Assembly (NCBI GenBank): GCA_020632075.1
Contig: JACKGH010000001.1
Span: forward strand, 936,470 to 1,000,469
DNA: 64,000 bases
Origin: Candidatus Nomurabacteria bacterium
GTDB lineage: Bacteria; Patescibacteriota; Minisyncoccia; Phycocordibacterales; UBA918
Reading direction: 5' to 3'
Shown: in pieces, positions 36,737-45,585 of the stretch
Layout of the letters: each line of letters begins with the position of its first letter
How positions within the stretch are numbered: the stretch's first letter is position 1
Notes under the pieces: generated by a model
The model's input: only the letters and a program-made list of their open reading frames with translations
Told to the model about the DNA's origin: nothing
Database searches by the model: none
Position numbers and translations under genes: made by a program

Positions 36737-37342
36737 CTAGGAAAGGTGCTGTCCGACAAACCGGTCGAGGGCATGCATGAGTGACTCACGGCCACGTTCA
36801 GCGCAGCCATCAAGGAATGCGCGGTAGTCGTCGCAAGTGACGGTGTTGATGTCTTCAGGTTGCTGGCGGTCAGTCACGGTGCCAGCATGGTCGTTCTCGT
36901 ACGAGCGCAGCGTCGTGTGCAAGTAGGCGAGCAGTGCCTCGGCTGTCGGATAATCCCACTGTTCTTCTCCGGGGTTCAGGCGAGGTTGGTTGCCCCACGT
37001 GAGCCAGTACTGAATGGCCGGAAGTGGTATCAGGCCAGCTTCACGGCAGCAATCCTGGATCTCTGGCGTGATGCCTGCGGTCGATGTCTCGGTGATCTGA
37101 TCTGGCGGCAACGCGTTTTTAACGGGGACGAATTCCCGATTGTTTGCCTCTGAAATTTGGGTTATCCGCTCGACAGCGGGCGTACCGTCTGCCGACAGGT
37201 AACGGCTCGTTGTCACTCTCATGCCGAGCTGGTCAAACAGGTTGGGGATCTCTTTGGTCGTGTCTTCAGACATCGATTCTATTCTCCATAGTTGTGTTGA
37301 TCGTCCGTAGGTATTTAAAACATTTTTTGATCCATTCCGCAA
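36737..37342 (-). CDS. hypothetical protein
   Basis: A 201-aa ORF with no family recognized. Confidence 0.35.
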   Translation of the reverse strand: MRNGSKNVLNTYGRSTQLWRIESMSEDTTKEIPNLFDQLGMRVTTSRYLSADGTPAVERITQISEANNREFVPVKNALPPDQITETSTAGITPEIQDCCREAGLIPLPAIQYWLTWGNQPRLNPGEEQWDYPTAEALLAYLHTTLRSYENDHAGTVTDRQQPEDINTVTCDDYRAFLDGCAERGRESLMHALDRFVGQHLS

Positions 37343-37383
37343 TGATACAAAAACCCCGGCAAGTATTGCCGGGGTTGTGAAGG

Positions 37384-38448
37384 TTAAGATTCTGCTTGTT
37401 CGGTCAGCCTGATTCGCGTTTGTGCGAGGGTGCCGATCTCTGCTACAGCTGCGAAGGCTTGCTGTAGTTCATCATCAACCTTGGTGAGGTCTTTCCAGTA
37501 TCCAGACAGATCTGACGGATCATTGTCTTCAAGCTGAGTACGAGCCTCGGTGATCACGTCTTCGATATGATCACCATTAGTCGGATGCCGAAGCGTTTCG
37601 ATCATTGTTTCGAGGGACTGTAGATCCTGCTGCACCTTTTCAACGCGTGCCACAACTGTGGCCGGGTCGCCTGTTTGGTGCAGTGTCTCTATCACATTCT
37701 CCTCGAGCACACTCAGCTCATCGAGCTTTGCTTGCAGATCATTCAGCTTATCGCGTAGATCGCGGTATAGGGTAGACAGACTGATGAGTTCTTCTGCATC
37801 TTTTACCGCAGCACTCACATCTACTTCGAGCTGCCATACACGTGCCAGTTCTTCCGTGTAAGCGAGATACCTTTCAGCGATCAGTCCACGGACTTTGGCG
37901 ACATTTTCTTCAGCGTTTCCGAGTGTCCGGAACGAAGTGCGAGATCCTTCGAGCACATCGGTCAGATCGCTCAGTACAGCGTAGACCCCGTCTTTCTCCA
38001 TACGCAACTTCGGCCGCTGCTCGTTCAACAGCTTCAGATGATCGTTTAGGGTACGAGCTGCGTCGAAGGAAAAGTACCGGTCGATCACTTGCTCGCCAAG
38101 CTCGTATCGATCGACTTGCCGCCGAAAAAGTGCGGTTGCGAGAGCTCCGACGACTGTGATCAGAAAGCTAAGGAGACTCACGCCGACCCAGACGAGCATA
38201 TCGCTCGGCTGGTCGGTCAGATCGACTCCCATGCTTTGCGGCAGCCAGCCGCCGAGCATATCGTAGTAGTTGCCCGTCAGAAACGGGGGGTCGACCGCGT
38301 ATGTGTCGAGAGCGATCAGAACGACCATAGCGATGCTGTAGAGTCCGATCGCCAGAAAAGCCCAGGCCAAGGTCTTGGTGAGTGTGTACACACGATTCTC
38401 CTTTTGGTGGTTGCGTAAGGTGCTCAAAAGAGCAAACTGGCAAAACAA
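37384..38448 (-). CDS. membrane-anchored coiled-coil protein
   Basis: N-terminal TM helices (AWAFLAIGLYSIAMVVLIAL; VWVGVSLLSFLITVVGALATALF) followed by a long heptad-like region (LRDKLNDLQAKLDELSVLEEN...). Confidence 0.45.
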   Translation of the reverse strand: MFCQFALLSTLRNHQKENRVYTLTKTLAWAFLAIGLYSIAMVVLIALDTYAVDPPFLTGNYYDMLGGWLPQSMGVDLTDQPSDMLVWVGVSLLSFLITVVGALATALFRRQVDRYELGEQVIDRYFSFDAARTLNDHLKLLNEQRPKLRMEKDGVYAVLSDLTDVLEGSRTSFRTLGNAEENVAKVRGLIAERYLAYTEELARVWQLEVDVSAAVKDAEELISLSTLYRDLRDKLNDLQAKLDELSVLEENVIETLHQTGDPATVVARVEKVQQDLQSLETMIETLRHPTNGDHIEDVITEARTQLEDNDPSDLSGYWKDLTKVDDELQQAFAAVAEIGTLAQTRIRLTEQAES

Positions 38449-38509
38449 TACTATGTTTTCTTAATTAATCAATGCTTTGGCATAAGTTTATGGAGATACA
38501 GAAATACTA

Positions 38510-38537
38510 TTGACTTATGCAAAAAATTTAGTATAAA
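38510..38537 (+). promoter_or_regulatory. sigma70-like promoter TTGACT-16-TATAAA for the small gene at 38601
   Basis: ttgacttatgcaaaaaatttagtataaa, with an AAAGGAGA RBS before the ATG at 38601. Confidence 0.45.
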
Positions 38538-38600
38538 TTAGTTTTAGAAGTAAGCTGGATATGCCAGCAATACACAGCAACGCTCAACCAACAAAAGGAG

Positions 38601-38882
38601 ATGAGCATGGGGAATCCCGAAAAAAACGTGATCGACGCCGGCGACCAATTCCCGGGCGATTCGCATGATGACGAAGTTCAAAAGGGAGGCGGCGGTCGGT
38701 TTTTCTATCTGAAGGAGGCGACGACGTTCCTGATACCGGAAATGGGTGTCAGCAGTGCGTTGGTGCCGCTTCAGGTGCGGCTCAAGAAGTCGATCAGTCA
38801 GACCGGTCGACGCAATGCAGAAGACGGCGAAGCTCGCGTCTTCATCTGTGCGCAACGCACAACGCCGCTAGGTACTCCCTAG
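38601..38882 (+). CDS. small hypothetical protein
   Basis: 93 aa, with its own promoter/RBS and a downstream hairpin plus T7. Confidence 0.45.
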   Translation: MSMGNPEKNVIDAGDQFPGDSHDDEVQKGGGGRFFYLKEATTFLIPEMGVSSALVPLQVRLKKSISQTGRRNAEDGEARVFICAQRTTPLGTP

Positions 38883-38896
38883 CGGTGTTTTTTTGT
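38866..38896 (+). terminator. intrinsic terminator
   Basis: cgctagg-tactc-cctagcg followed by ttttttt. Confidence 0.5.
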
Positions 38897-38900
38897 ATAA

Positions 38901-38930
38901 AAAAGCCGGCGCGCAAGCGCCGGCTATGTT
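38901..38930 (-). terminator. intrinsic terminator for 38939..39370
   Basis: The minus strand reads agccggcgcttgcgcgccggctttttt. Confidence 0.5.
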
Positions 38931-38938
38931 CAACTCTC

Positions 38939-39370
38939 TCACTTTGCGTGAGGTTTGATAGTCATCATCATCCCTTGCCCGAGCTCGTAGAGCGTTTCGG
39001 AAAAGATGATCTGCTCGACAGGATCATCGATTAGTTCCTGGTAGGTGATGGTCACCTCAACCCCGGCTTCATCTTTGCGAGACTGCATGCCGTGGAACTC
39101 CTGCGCTTTTGTATCGTTGCGGGTGATGGTGATCCAGCGCGATGTGCCGTCGATCTTTTCGAGTCCGAGCACGATACCAGGTTGTACCTGCTCAAGCACT
39201 TGTACGAGCCGAGCCCGACGAGCTGCGTCGAGCTCTGCGTTTGTCGGTAGGTTCGCCAGAGAATCCCTATCGACACCTGCCACTATGAGCAGGACGCCGA
39301 GAATGAATACCACCGTTAAGGCAACACCCAAAGTGGTGAAAATCTTATTCATGTGCTCTTGTCGAGTCAT
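38939..39370 (-). CDS. small N-terminally anchored/secreted protein
   Basis: The start is taken at the internal ATG (MTRQEHMNKIFTTLGVALTVVFILGVLLIVAGV). Confidence 0.45.
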   Translation of the reverse strand: MTRQEHMNKIFTTLGVALTVVFILGVLLIVAGVDRDSLANLPTNAELDAARRARLVQVLEQVQPGIVLGLEKIDGTSRWITITRNDTKAQEFHGMQSRKDEAGVEVTITYQELIDDPVEQIIFSETLYELGQGMMMTIKPHAK

Positions 39371-39425
39371 GTTCGTCTCCTTGGCAAAGCCAAAAGTTGC
39401 GATAGTACAGAATTTTGCTTGTAAT

Positions 39426-39453
39426 ATAATACAACTTTTTAACAAAAAGTCAA
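39426..39453 (-). promoter_or_regulatory. promoter TTGACT-16-TATTAT (minus strand) for 38939..39370
   Basis: The minus strand reads ttgactttttgttaaaaagttgtattat. Confidence 0.45.
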
Positions 39454-39457
39454 TAAA

Positions 39458-39483
39458 ATGCCCGAGCTTTTTAGCTCGGGCAT
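39458..39483 (-). terminator. terminator of cassette gene P1 (conserved CCCGAGC/GCTCGGG hairpin)
   Basis: atgcccgagctttttagctcgggcat. Confidence 0.55.
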
Positions 39484-39516
39484 TAGTCTGCGTTGTGTTG
39501 CAGAAAGGGAACTTCT

Positions 39517-40326
39517 TCAGCGAGGTATGGTCGTGTGCCGCTTGCGCCACCACTCCTTAAAGGCAACGATCGGTCTCCGCCACTTTTCTCGGTGTACGAG
39601 TGCTCGGCGGTGTACACCTCGTTTGAACAGATGCCATTCTGTCTGTGGGAGTCGCAGTGCTCGAAAGCGTTTGACACGCATCGGTACTCGCTCCCACAGC
39701 GTGGGTAGAGCTCGATTGTTAAACCAATCTGCGATCTTTCCGAAAACCAGCTTGAGTTCGATATCATCAAGCATCGACAAGAGTCGCCACACAGCTCGGA
39801 AGACTGGCACCGCCACAAAGACCAGCACTGCAACGATCGCATCGTACACATCAAACGCATCAAAGATGAGTATGCTGGCGATGATCAGGATCGTCGCGAG
39901 TACACCGACCACGAACATGATCTGCTGGTGTTCGGTTTTGCCTCGCCACCATGCAGCCGGGCGTTCAAAAGTGTACTTTCGAAATGCTGCCGTCGCTGCT
40001 GCAGTTGCCTCTTCCTTGCCGTGCTTGATCGCTTCTTTTTCGTCTGGGTCGAGCAGCCAACGCGTAGGAATGAATAGCAGCCAGCGTAGCCACCGGATCG
40101 CAAAGGCTCTGGCCATGAGCGAAGGTGCGACTCGGGCGAGTGCAGCACCCCATTCAGGTAGGGTATCGAGCACGAATGCACGAAAGAAGGCTGGCGCCGT
40201 AAAGACGTCCCAGTAGTGATGCACTGCAAATGAGACTGCGCCAACGACACTCAATACAAGTAGTGTTCGCGGCAAAAACAACCAGGTGACTCCTCGCAGG
40301 AGGAGCTCGCGTAGTATCTGTATCAT
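39517..40326 (-). CDS. paralogous membrane protein P1 (novel family; F..TLPxW and ERPxxWW motifs)
   Basis: 269 aa: an N-terminal amphipathic segment, TM helices, FVLDTLPEWG, FERPAAWWRGK, and a basic C-terminal tail. Confidence 0.55.
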   Translation of the reverse strand: MIQILRELLLRGVTWLFLPRTLLVLSVVGAVSFAVHHYWDVFTAPAFFRAFVLDTLPEWGAALARVAPSLMARAFAIRWLRWLLFIPTRWLLDPDEKEAIKHGKEEATAAATAAFRKYTFERPAAWWRGKTEHQQIMFVVGVLATILIIASILIFDAFDVYDAIVAVLVFVAVPVFRAVWRLLSMLDDIELKLVFGKIADWFNNRALPTLWERVPMRVKRFRALRLPQTEWHLFKRGVHRRALVHREKWRRPIVAFKEWWRKRHTTIPR

Positions 40327-40365
40327 GCGTCTCTCTCCTCGAGAGTGTTTGTGAAGAACTATTAT

Positions 40366-40394
40366 GATTATGTCACATTTTGCTAGAAAATCAA
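40366..40394 (-). promoter_or_regulatory. promoter TTGATT-17-ATAATC (minus strand) for P1
   Basis: The minus strand reads ttgattttctagcaaaatgtgacataatc. Confidence 0.45.
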
Positions 40395-40401
40395 TAAAAA
40401 A

Positions 40402-40427
40402 GCGCCCGAGCAGTCCATGCTCGGGCG
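40402..40427 (-). terminator. terminator of cassette gene P2
   Basis: gcgcccgagcagtccatgctcgggcg abuts the stop codon. Confidence 0.55.
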
Positions 40428-41240
40428 TTAGTCTTTGAGGGTGATCATGATCTCGATCTCTAGCACTTCATCTATTTTTTGATGAAGGATCTCCATGAGT
40501 CGGACACGATCATCCAGATTTTTTGCGGTGTTCAGTTTTAGTTCTGCTGCTTTGGCGTGAATCTTTCTCTGGCGCAGCAGCATCGCGCGCAGATTTTTCC
40601 ATTTACGTTTGACTCGCTCTTCAGGAGCGGTGAAGCGATTGCGGACATTGGCAAAGCCTCGCTCGATGCGGTCGACTAGCGCTCCGGCACCGATCCTCGG
40701 CACCACGAACCTGAACGCGCCGACCAGCATTTGCTTCAGAATTGCCAGGGGGATGAGCAGCAAGCCCAAGAAGTGCAGGCTCGGTATCGATATGATGATC
40801 GCACCAATGCCTGCTGCCACCAATATCTTTCCGGTTAGGGTGAGACTTTTCCACCAAAGAACAGGACGTTCAATCAGGTGGTACTTTGCTCGTGCAAAGA
40901 CGTGTCGTTTCCGATGACGGAACCGCAGCTTGTACTCCTTCGCGAGGAAGTGTAAGCCGAGGTAGACTGCGAGCAGCCTAACCGACTTTTTCTTGGCAGC
41001 GTTTGAGATGGCTACTGCAGCTTTCGGGGCGAATTTGACCGCCAGCTTTACACCAGCCTGCCACCACTTAGGTAGTGTTTTGAGCACGAATTTCTTCAGT
41101 GCCACTCCGATGGTGGGGACGTCATAGAGCATCCATGCCACTCCACCGATGATCAAAAAGACGATGATCAACAGAATGATGCGAGGCCGCAAGAGCCAGA
41201 CGATAATTCCCTCAAGGAGGGAAGCGAGTAGTCGCAACAT
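40428..41240 (-). CDS. paralogous membrane protein P2
   Basis: 270 aa: LLASLLEGIIVWLL, FVLKTLPKWW, IERPVLWWKSL, and a basic C-terminal tail. Confidence 0.55.
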   Translation of the reverse strand: MLRLLASLLEGIIVWLLRPRIILLIIVFLIIGGVAWMLYDVPTIGVALKKFVLKTLPKWWQAGVKLAVKFAPKAAVAISNAAKKKSVRLLAVYLGLHFLAKEYKLRFRHRKRHVFARAKYHLIERPVLWWKSLTLTGKILVAAGIGAIIISIPSLHFLGLLLIPLAILKQMLVGAFRFVVPRIGAGALVDRIERGFANVRNRFTAPEERVKRKWKNLRAMLLRQRKIHAKAAELKLNTAKNLDDRVRLMEILHQKIDEVLEIEIMITLKD

Positions 41241-41277
41241 GATTCCTCCTAAAGAGACTGTGAAGAACTATGTTTAT

Positions 41278-41305
41278 ATTATAGCATAAAAATAGAAAAA
41301 ATCAA
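41278..41305 (-). promoter_or_regulatory. promoter TTGATT-16-TATAAT (minus strand) for P2
   Basis: The minus strand reads ttgattttttctatttttatgctataat, then an AGGAGG RBS. Confidence 0.5.
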
Positions 41306-41312
41306 TAAAAGA

Positions 41313-41336
41313 CACCCGAGCATCATTGCTCGGGTG
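41313..41336 (-). terminator. terminator of cassette gene P3
   Basis: cacccgagcatcattgctcgggtg abuts the stop codon. Confidence 0.55.
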
Positions 41337-42155
41337 TTAGTCTGTCTCTTCAACAGTTTCCTGTTTGAGGGCTTTAGCTGCTTTTGCGGCGGTCTGCTTA
41401 TCGCGCCAGGCGCGAATGTGTGTACGAACGACAAGACTCTTCTTGTCGAGCCAACCTTTGATCTTTTCGGTTGTGACGAAATGATGGGTGGCTAAGAAGT
41501 GAATACACCTTGAGTGTTTGACCCAGTTTGGAACAAGGTTGCTCAAAAAGGGCGCGACTCTATCGTGGACAAAGCCAGTGATTGCTGCTGACGTAAACGC
41601 CGGAGCAAATTGCTGAATGATCCAGAGGATAACGCCTGCGATGGAGCGCCAGAAGAAAAATATCGCATAGAGGACAGCTTCAGTCTTTGAAAAGTATGGA
41701 CTGATAGCCAAGACGGTAAGTGTCGCCAGGGTCAGTGTCGACACGATAATCGTGCGGGTGCGCGGTGACTTCCGGCGCCACCAAAGCTGCGGCCGTCTGA
41801 TCGTGTACTTGTGTGCTGCTCTGATCGCTCTGTCCTTGCTGGCCAAGATCTGTCGCTTTTCTTCGCGACTGAGATAGCTCAGTATGACAAAGGCCAGAAA
41901 TGCTCGCAAATACTTCGAGGCGAGTGCTCGTGGTATGAGCGGTAAGCTCGACTTGATCGTGAGCTTGATCCACTGTGGGAAGGTCTTGGTAGCAAAGGCT
42001 TTCACCGAGGTGAAAAATACCGGGGTGAAAAGAATGTGCCAAAATGCCATGGCGACACCGACTGCGGTCAGGAAGACCGTGACCCAGATAATGCCATGGA
42101 GTGAGATTGCCCATGCTGCGATGCCCTCAAGGAGGGCAGCGATAGCTTTGCGCAT
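41337..42155 (-). CDS. paralogous membrane protein P3
   Basis: 272 aa: AIAALLEGIAAWAI, FATKTFPQWI, IRRPQLWWRRK. Confidence 0.55.
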   Translation of the reverse strand: MRKAIAALLEGIAAWAISLHGIIWVTVFLTAVGVAMAFWHILFTPVFFTSVKAFATKTFPQWIKLTIKSSLPLIPRALASKYLRAFLAFVILSYLSREEKRQILASKDRAIRAAHKYTIRRPQLWWRRKSPRTRTIIVSTLTLATLTVLAISPYFSKTEAVLYAIFFFWRSIAGVILWIIQQFAPAFTSAAITGFVHDRVAPFLSNLVPNWVKHSRCIHFLATHHFVTTEKIKGWLDKKSLVVRTHIRAWRDKQTAAKAAKALKQETVEETD

Positions 42156-42194
42156 GCAGCCTCCTTATAGGAACGATGTGAAAGAACCGGAAAT

Positions 42195-42222
42195 ATTATA
42201 GCACAAAAGTGAGTAAAATCAA
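42195..42222 (-). promoter_or_regulatory. promoter TTGATT-16-TATAAT (minus strand) for P3
   Basis: The minus strand reads ttgattttactcacttttgtgctataat, then an AAGGAGG RBS. Confidence 0.5.
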
Positions 42223-42327
42223 TGATATGAAGATAGCAGAATAGATGACTGAAACATTGACTTTTTTACAAAATATGTAATAATACTTCAGGTTCTTTAA
42301 CGTTGCTCAAAAACCGTAGGAGGTAGC

Positions 42328-43278
42328 ATGGCAACAGCTCAGCAAGCAGCGGCAGCACAGCCGCAGGCACGTCGCCAGGGTCCGGGAGCGATTTCTCGCT
42401 TTGTGAGAACTCCCTGGATCAACAACAAGTACTTCTGGCTTTTCGTCAGTACGCTGGTTGCGTTCGGTATCTGGAACCGGTGGAGCTTCTCGCTCACACA
42501 TGCGTTCAAGGAGATTCTCATCAGCATTTACCAGATGAATGAGTCGGCCGACTGGTCGACGATCTTCTCGGCTCATGCTGGAGAGATCATGACCATGATG
42601 GGGATTCTGGGCGTCGTGCTCGGACTCTCCATCTGGTTCGTAGTCTATCAGGTGCGCAGAGAGCAGCATATGAAAGCGATTCGTGGCGCACTGTTTGCCA
42701 TGTCGGTGGCTATCATGCTGATCATCTACGCCTGGAGTAAGGGGATCATTCAGGGTGAGTGGTATGACGTCTTCTTGTTGACGGTCGTCGGTATCCTCAT
42801 CATCGGTCTCACTGGTTTTGGTGCCTGGATGGTCGGTATCGCGATCAATGGCCTCGATTGGGGTCATTTTGCCACCGTAATGATCGGTGGCTTGGTCGGC
42901 ATGCTGATTTTCGTAGCCGCCCCATCCATGCCCATCCTTGCAGACTGGTGGTTCGAGCCGAGTCGTGAAAATATCTCGGTGTATGTACAGATCGTGCTCG
43001 TGCTCTGGCTGACTGCTGGCTTTCGTGCCAAGAAGTTCGAACTGGCAGCGACTGGTCAACGGACCATCAGTTCGTCGAGTGGCGGTGTCACTATCCAGGA
43101 CTTCGGTCGTGATGCTGAGCAGGACTTGCATGCAGGTCACGATCATCATACCCACGATGAGCCGTTCGATCTGGGTAGCATCGGTCATGATCACGACGAC
43201 CAGCAGCTGCTCGAAGATGGCGACATCGTTGACCAGCAGCTGCTGGATCGCGATGACGATGACGACGATCGCCGGTAA
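42328..43278 (+). CDS. polytopic membrane protein with His/Asp-rich C-terminal tail
   Basis: 6-7 TM helices. The tail reads DLHAGHDHHTHDEPFDLGSIGHDHDDQQLLEDGDIVDQQLLDRDDDDDDRR. Confidence 0.5.
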   Translation: MATAQQAAAAQPQARRQGPGAISRFVRTPWINNKYFWLFVSTLVAFGIWNRWSFSLTHAFKEILISIYQMNESADWSTIFSAHAGEIMTMMGILGVVLGLSIWFVVYQVRREQHMKAIRGALFAMSVAIMLIIYAWSKGIIQGEWYDVFLLTVVGILIIGLTGFGAWMVGIAINGLDWGHFATVMIGGLVGMLIFVAAPSMPILADWWFEPSRENISVYVQIVLVLWLTAGFRAKKFELAATGQRTISSSSGGVTIQDFGRDAEQDLHAGHDHHTHDEPFDLGSIGHDHDDQQLLEDGDIVDQQLLDRDDDDDDRR

Positions 43279-43408
43279 CCGGTAAGGAGTAACAACCTGG
43301 CACAAGGAAGTGCCAAGCCCGTCTAAATGACGGGTTTTTTCTTGTCTCAACTTTCAGTTTAAAACAAAAAATCGCTGGCAGACGTGTGTCTACCAGCGGG
43401 TGGATATG

Positions 43409-44095
43409 CTAGATTCTTTCTCTTATTCCTCCACGACGACTCCTGAACGTTACAGGGATCTTCGTTTTTGGAGTAACGACTGCACCAGTGTCGCCGGGTT
43501 TGTCGGCTTCTTCGTCCATCTCTGCGAGCGTGCTTGCGAATTCCTGCAGGCCTTCAGGCAGTTTGCCGCTGGTGTCCAGCAATGCTTCCAAGACCGCGTC
43601 GCGAACCTGCAAAATAAGCGAGTCGTCAGGATCGTCGGTCGAGAGCAGGTCCCGATACAGCGCCTGGTTGAGTCTCTCGGCCTGGTCAGTGTATTGCTTC
43701 AGTACATCTCGCGCCACTGCGATAGCGTCTGCTTGACGTTGCTTCTGCCCATCGCTTGCTGCTTGCAGGTCTGCCTTAAGGCTCATGTTCTCGTTCTCCA
43801 GATTGATCATCCGGAGTTTGTCGAGCTCATCGTCGACCAGGTCACGCAGCCAGTAGCGCACGATGACGAGCACTGCGAGTGCTGCCGGTACTGCCAGGAT
43901 GGTGATGGTTGCCCATGGGTGGGCGGCCAGCCAACCGAACGGATCAGCGTAGTAGGTCGACATGGCGCCGGTCACGGCATTGAACTTCTCACGGATACCA
44001 GCGATCGACACCAAGCCGAAGTGCAAGCCGATAGCGGTAGCGATAGCACCGAGAATAACGAGCAAGCCGAAATTTCTCAGAAATTTTGCCAACAT
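43409..44095 (-). CDS. membrane protein with cytoplasmic coiled-coil region
   Basis: 228 aa with two N-terminal TM helices. Confidence 0.45.
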   Translation of the reverse strand: MLAKFLRNFGLLVILGAIATAIGLHFGLVSIAGIREKFNAVTGAMSTYYADPFGWLAAHPWATITILAVPAALAVLVIVRYWLRDLVDDELDKLRMINLENENMSLKADLQAASDGQKQRQADAIAVARDVLKQYTDQAERLNQALYRDLLSTDDPDDSLILQVRDAVLEALLDTSGKLPEGLQEFASTLAEMDEEADKPGDTGAVVTPKTKIPVTFRSRRGGIRERI

Positions 44096-44281
44096 GGCGT
44101 TCTCCTTCTGGGTGGGTGGAACAGTGTGTACAGCAAATGCTGTAGTTACAACTGGGCAAAATAATACCTAAAAAACTACGTTTGTAAATATTTTGAAAAT
44201 AAAAAAACGACCCAAGCTCATATAGAGCAAGGGCCGTCGTGAGAAGTGTGAGGCTCACGCCCCACGTTGGACTCAGGATGT

Positions 44282-45271
44282 TTACCTGGCGACGATGCTT
44301 TCGGCAGTTTTCATTGCCGACCGGTATGCACGGGCAGCCAGTGCAGCCGGGGTGTCGGCGGGCAGCAGGTCAGGGTCCTGCACGATTTTGGTGAGCTTCG
44401 ACATCACCTCATCGGTCATAACCTTGCTTTCCAGGTTGACGTACACGGATACCGGCGTATGCGGCACACGCACCAGGTCACCTTTACCGATCCACACCAT
44501 CAGTCGATTGCCGCCGATGGTCGCATCCGCGCTGGTGTAGGCCTGATTCCCCTTTTTGTCCTTGATGCCTTCGACAGCAGACGAATCGATGGTCAGCCAG
44601 CTCAGTTGCTTGTCCTGGTTAACCAGGGCGATGAAGCCTTCGGTAGCCAGGGGATCGGGGGTCAGCACCATGCAGACCAGGTCACGCTTGCCGCTTCGCA
44701 GGCGACTCAGTTCACGAGCGACGCCGTACTCACGACCTTTTTCCTCCGGCATGTAGATCTCGGTGGAGGCAGTGATCGCGGGAATGTTGTTTCGGATCGT
44801 GTTGACAGAGAAACGTGTCCCTGAACTGGCCGTGTCAGCACTGATCTTGTAGGCCTTGTCGGGAGCTTCGGTGTCTTCGACCTCGCCCCATTCCTTCAGG
44901 CGACCAGTTGTGTTGTAGGCACAGAGCAGCGCCTCGGATCCAACGACGCCGAGCGAGGCGACAACCTCGCCGAATTCGTCATCAGCCATGGACTTGGCCA
45001 CGTGTACGTCGCCCTGAGCCAGGCCGACATCGATCTCGCCGTTATAGAGTCCGTCCAGGTTCTTGCCGCTGTTGCCGTAGACCAGCTCGATATTGATGCC
45101 GACCTCGGCAGCGCGCTTCTTGATGGCTGCACCGTAGGTATTGGTGTAGGCACTGGTTTTGTTGTTACCTCCCACACCAAGCTTGACGGTCACGGCAGCA
45201 GCGGCCGAGCTGGTCGCCATATAGAGTGCGATGCCGGCAGCAATCGCGAGTTGCTTCAGGTGATTCCGCAT
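44282..45271 (-). CDS. periplasmic substrate-binding protein (TAXI-TRAP / PhnD-like) with no adjacent permease
   Basis: A signal peptide (LAIAAGIALYMATSSAAAA) and LGVGGNNKTSAYTNTYGAAI...VGINIELVYGNSGKNL, resembling the TAXI/PhnD family. Confidence 0.45.
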   Translation of the reverse strand: MRNHLKQLAIAAGIALYMATSSAAAAVTVKLGVGGNNKTSAYTNTYGAAIKKRAAEVGINIELVYGNSGKNLDGLYNGEIDVGLAQGDVHVAKSMADDEFGEVVASLGVVGSEALLCAYNTTGRLKEWGEVEDTEAPDKAYKISADTASSGTRFSVNTIRNNIPAITASTEIYMPEEKGREYGVARELSRLRSGKRDLVCMVLTPDPLATEGFIALVNQDKQLSWLTIDSSAVEGIKDKKGNQAYTSADATIGGNRLMVWIGKGDLVRVPHTPVSVYVNLESKVMTDEVMSKLTKIVQDPDLLPADTPAALAARAYRSAMKTAESIVAR

Positions 45272-45585
45272 GGATATTCCTCCGTTTTGCGGTTTACAGA
45301 AAGTCTTTGCTATTTCACGAAATAGCTTGAGTCCAATAGATTGAAATGTACTAGAGAACCCAAAGCTGCGGAGAACACTATCATACTTTAAAAAAATGTC
45401 AACCCCTTAGGAGGGGTTTGTGGTTGGGGGGGTAACTGGGCGGCGGGCGAAGCCCGCCGCCCTCTCACGAAAAGAAAACGTCACAAAACATTGACAAATA
45501 CTAAATAAATGTTACTCTGTAAGGTAGGATTCTTTGTAAATTCACTATCTTTTTTACCATCGTCAAATTGACATAGGGGGTTGTT

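Noticed and set aside
44267-45325. Plus-strand ORFs 44267..44824, 45002..45325 and others antisense to the substrate-binding-protein gene.
   Set aside because: They are shadow ORFs within a gene that has a clear signal peptide and substrate-binding-protein motifs on the minus strand.
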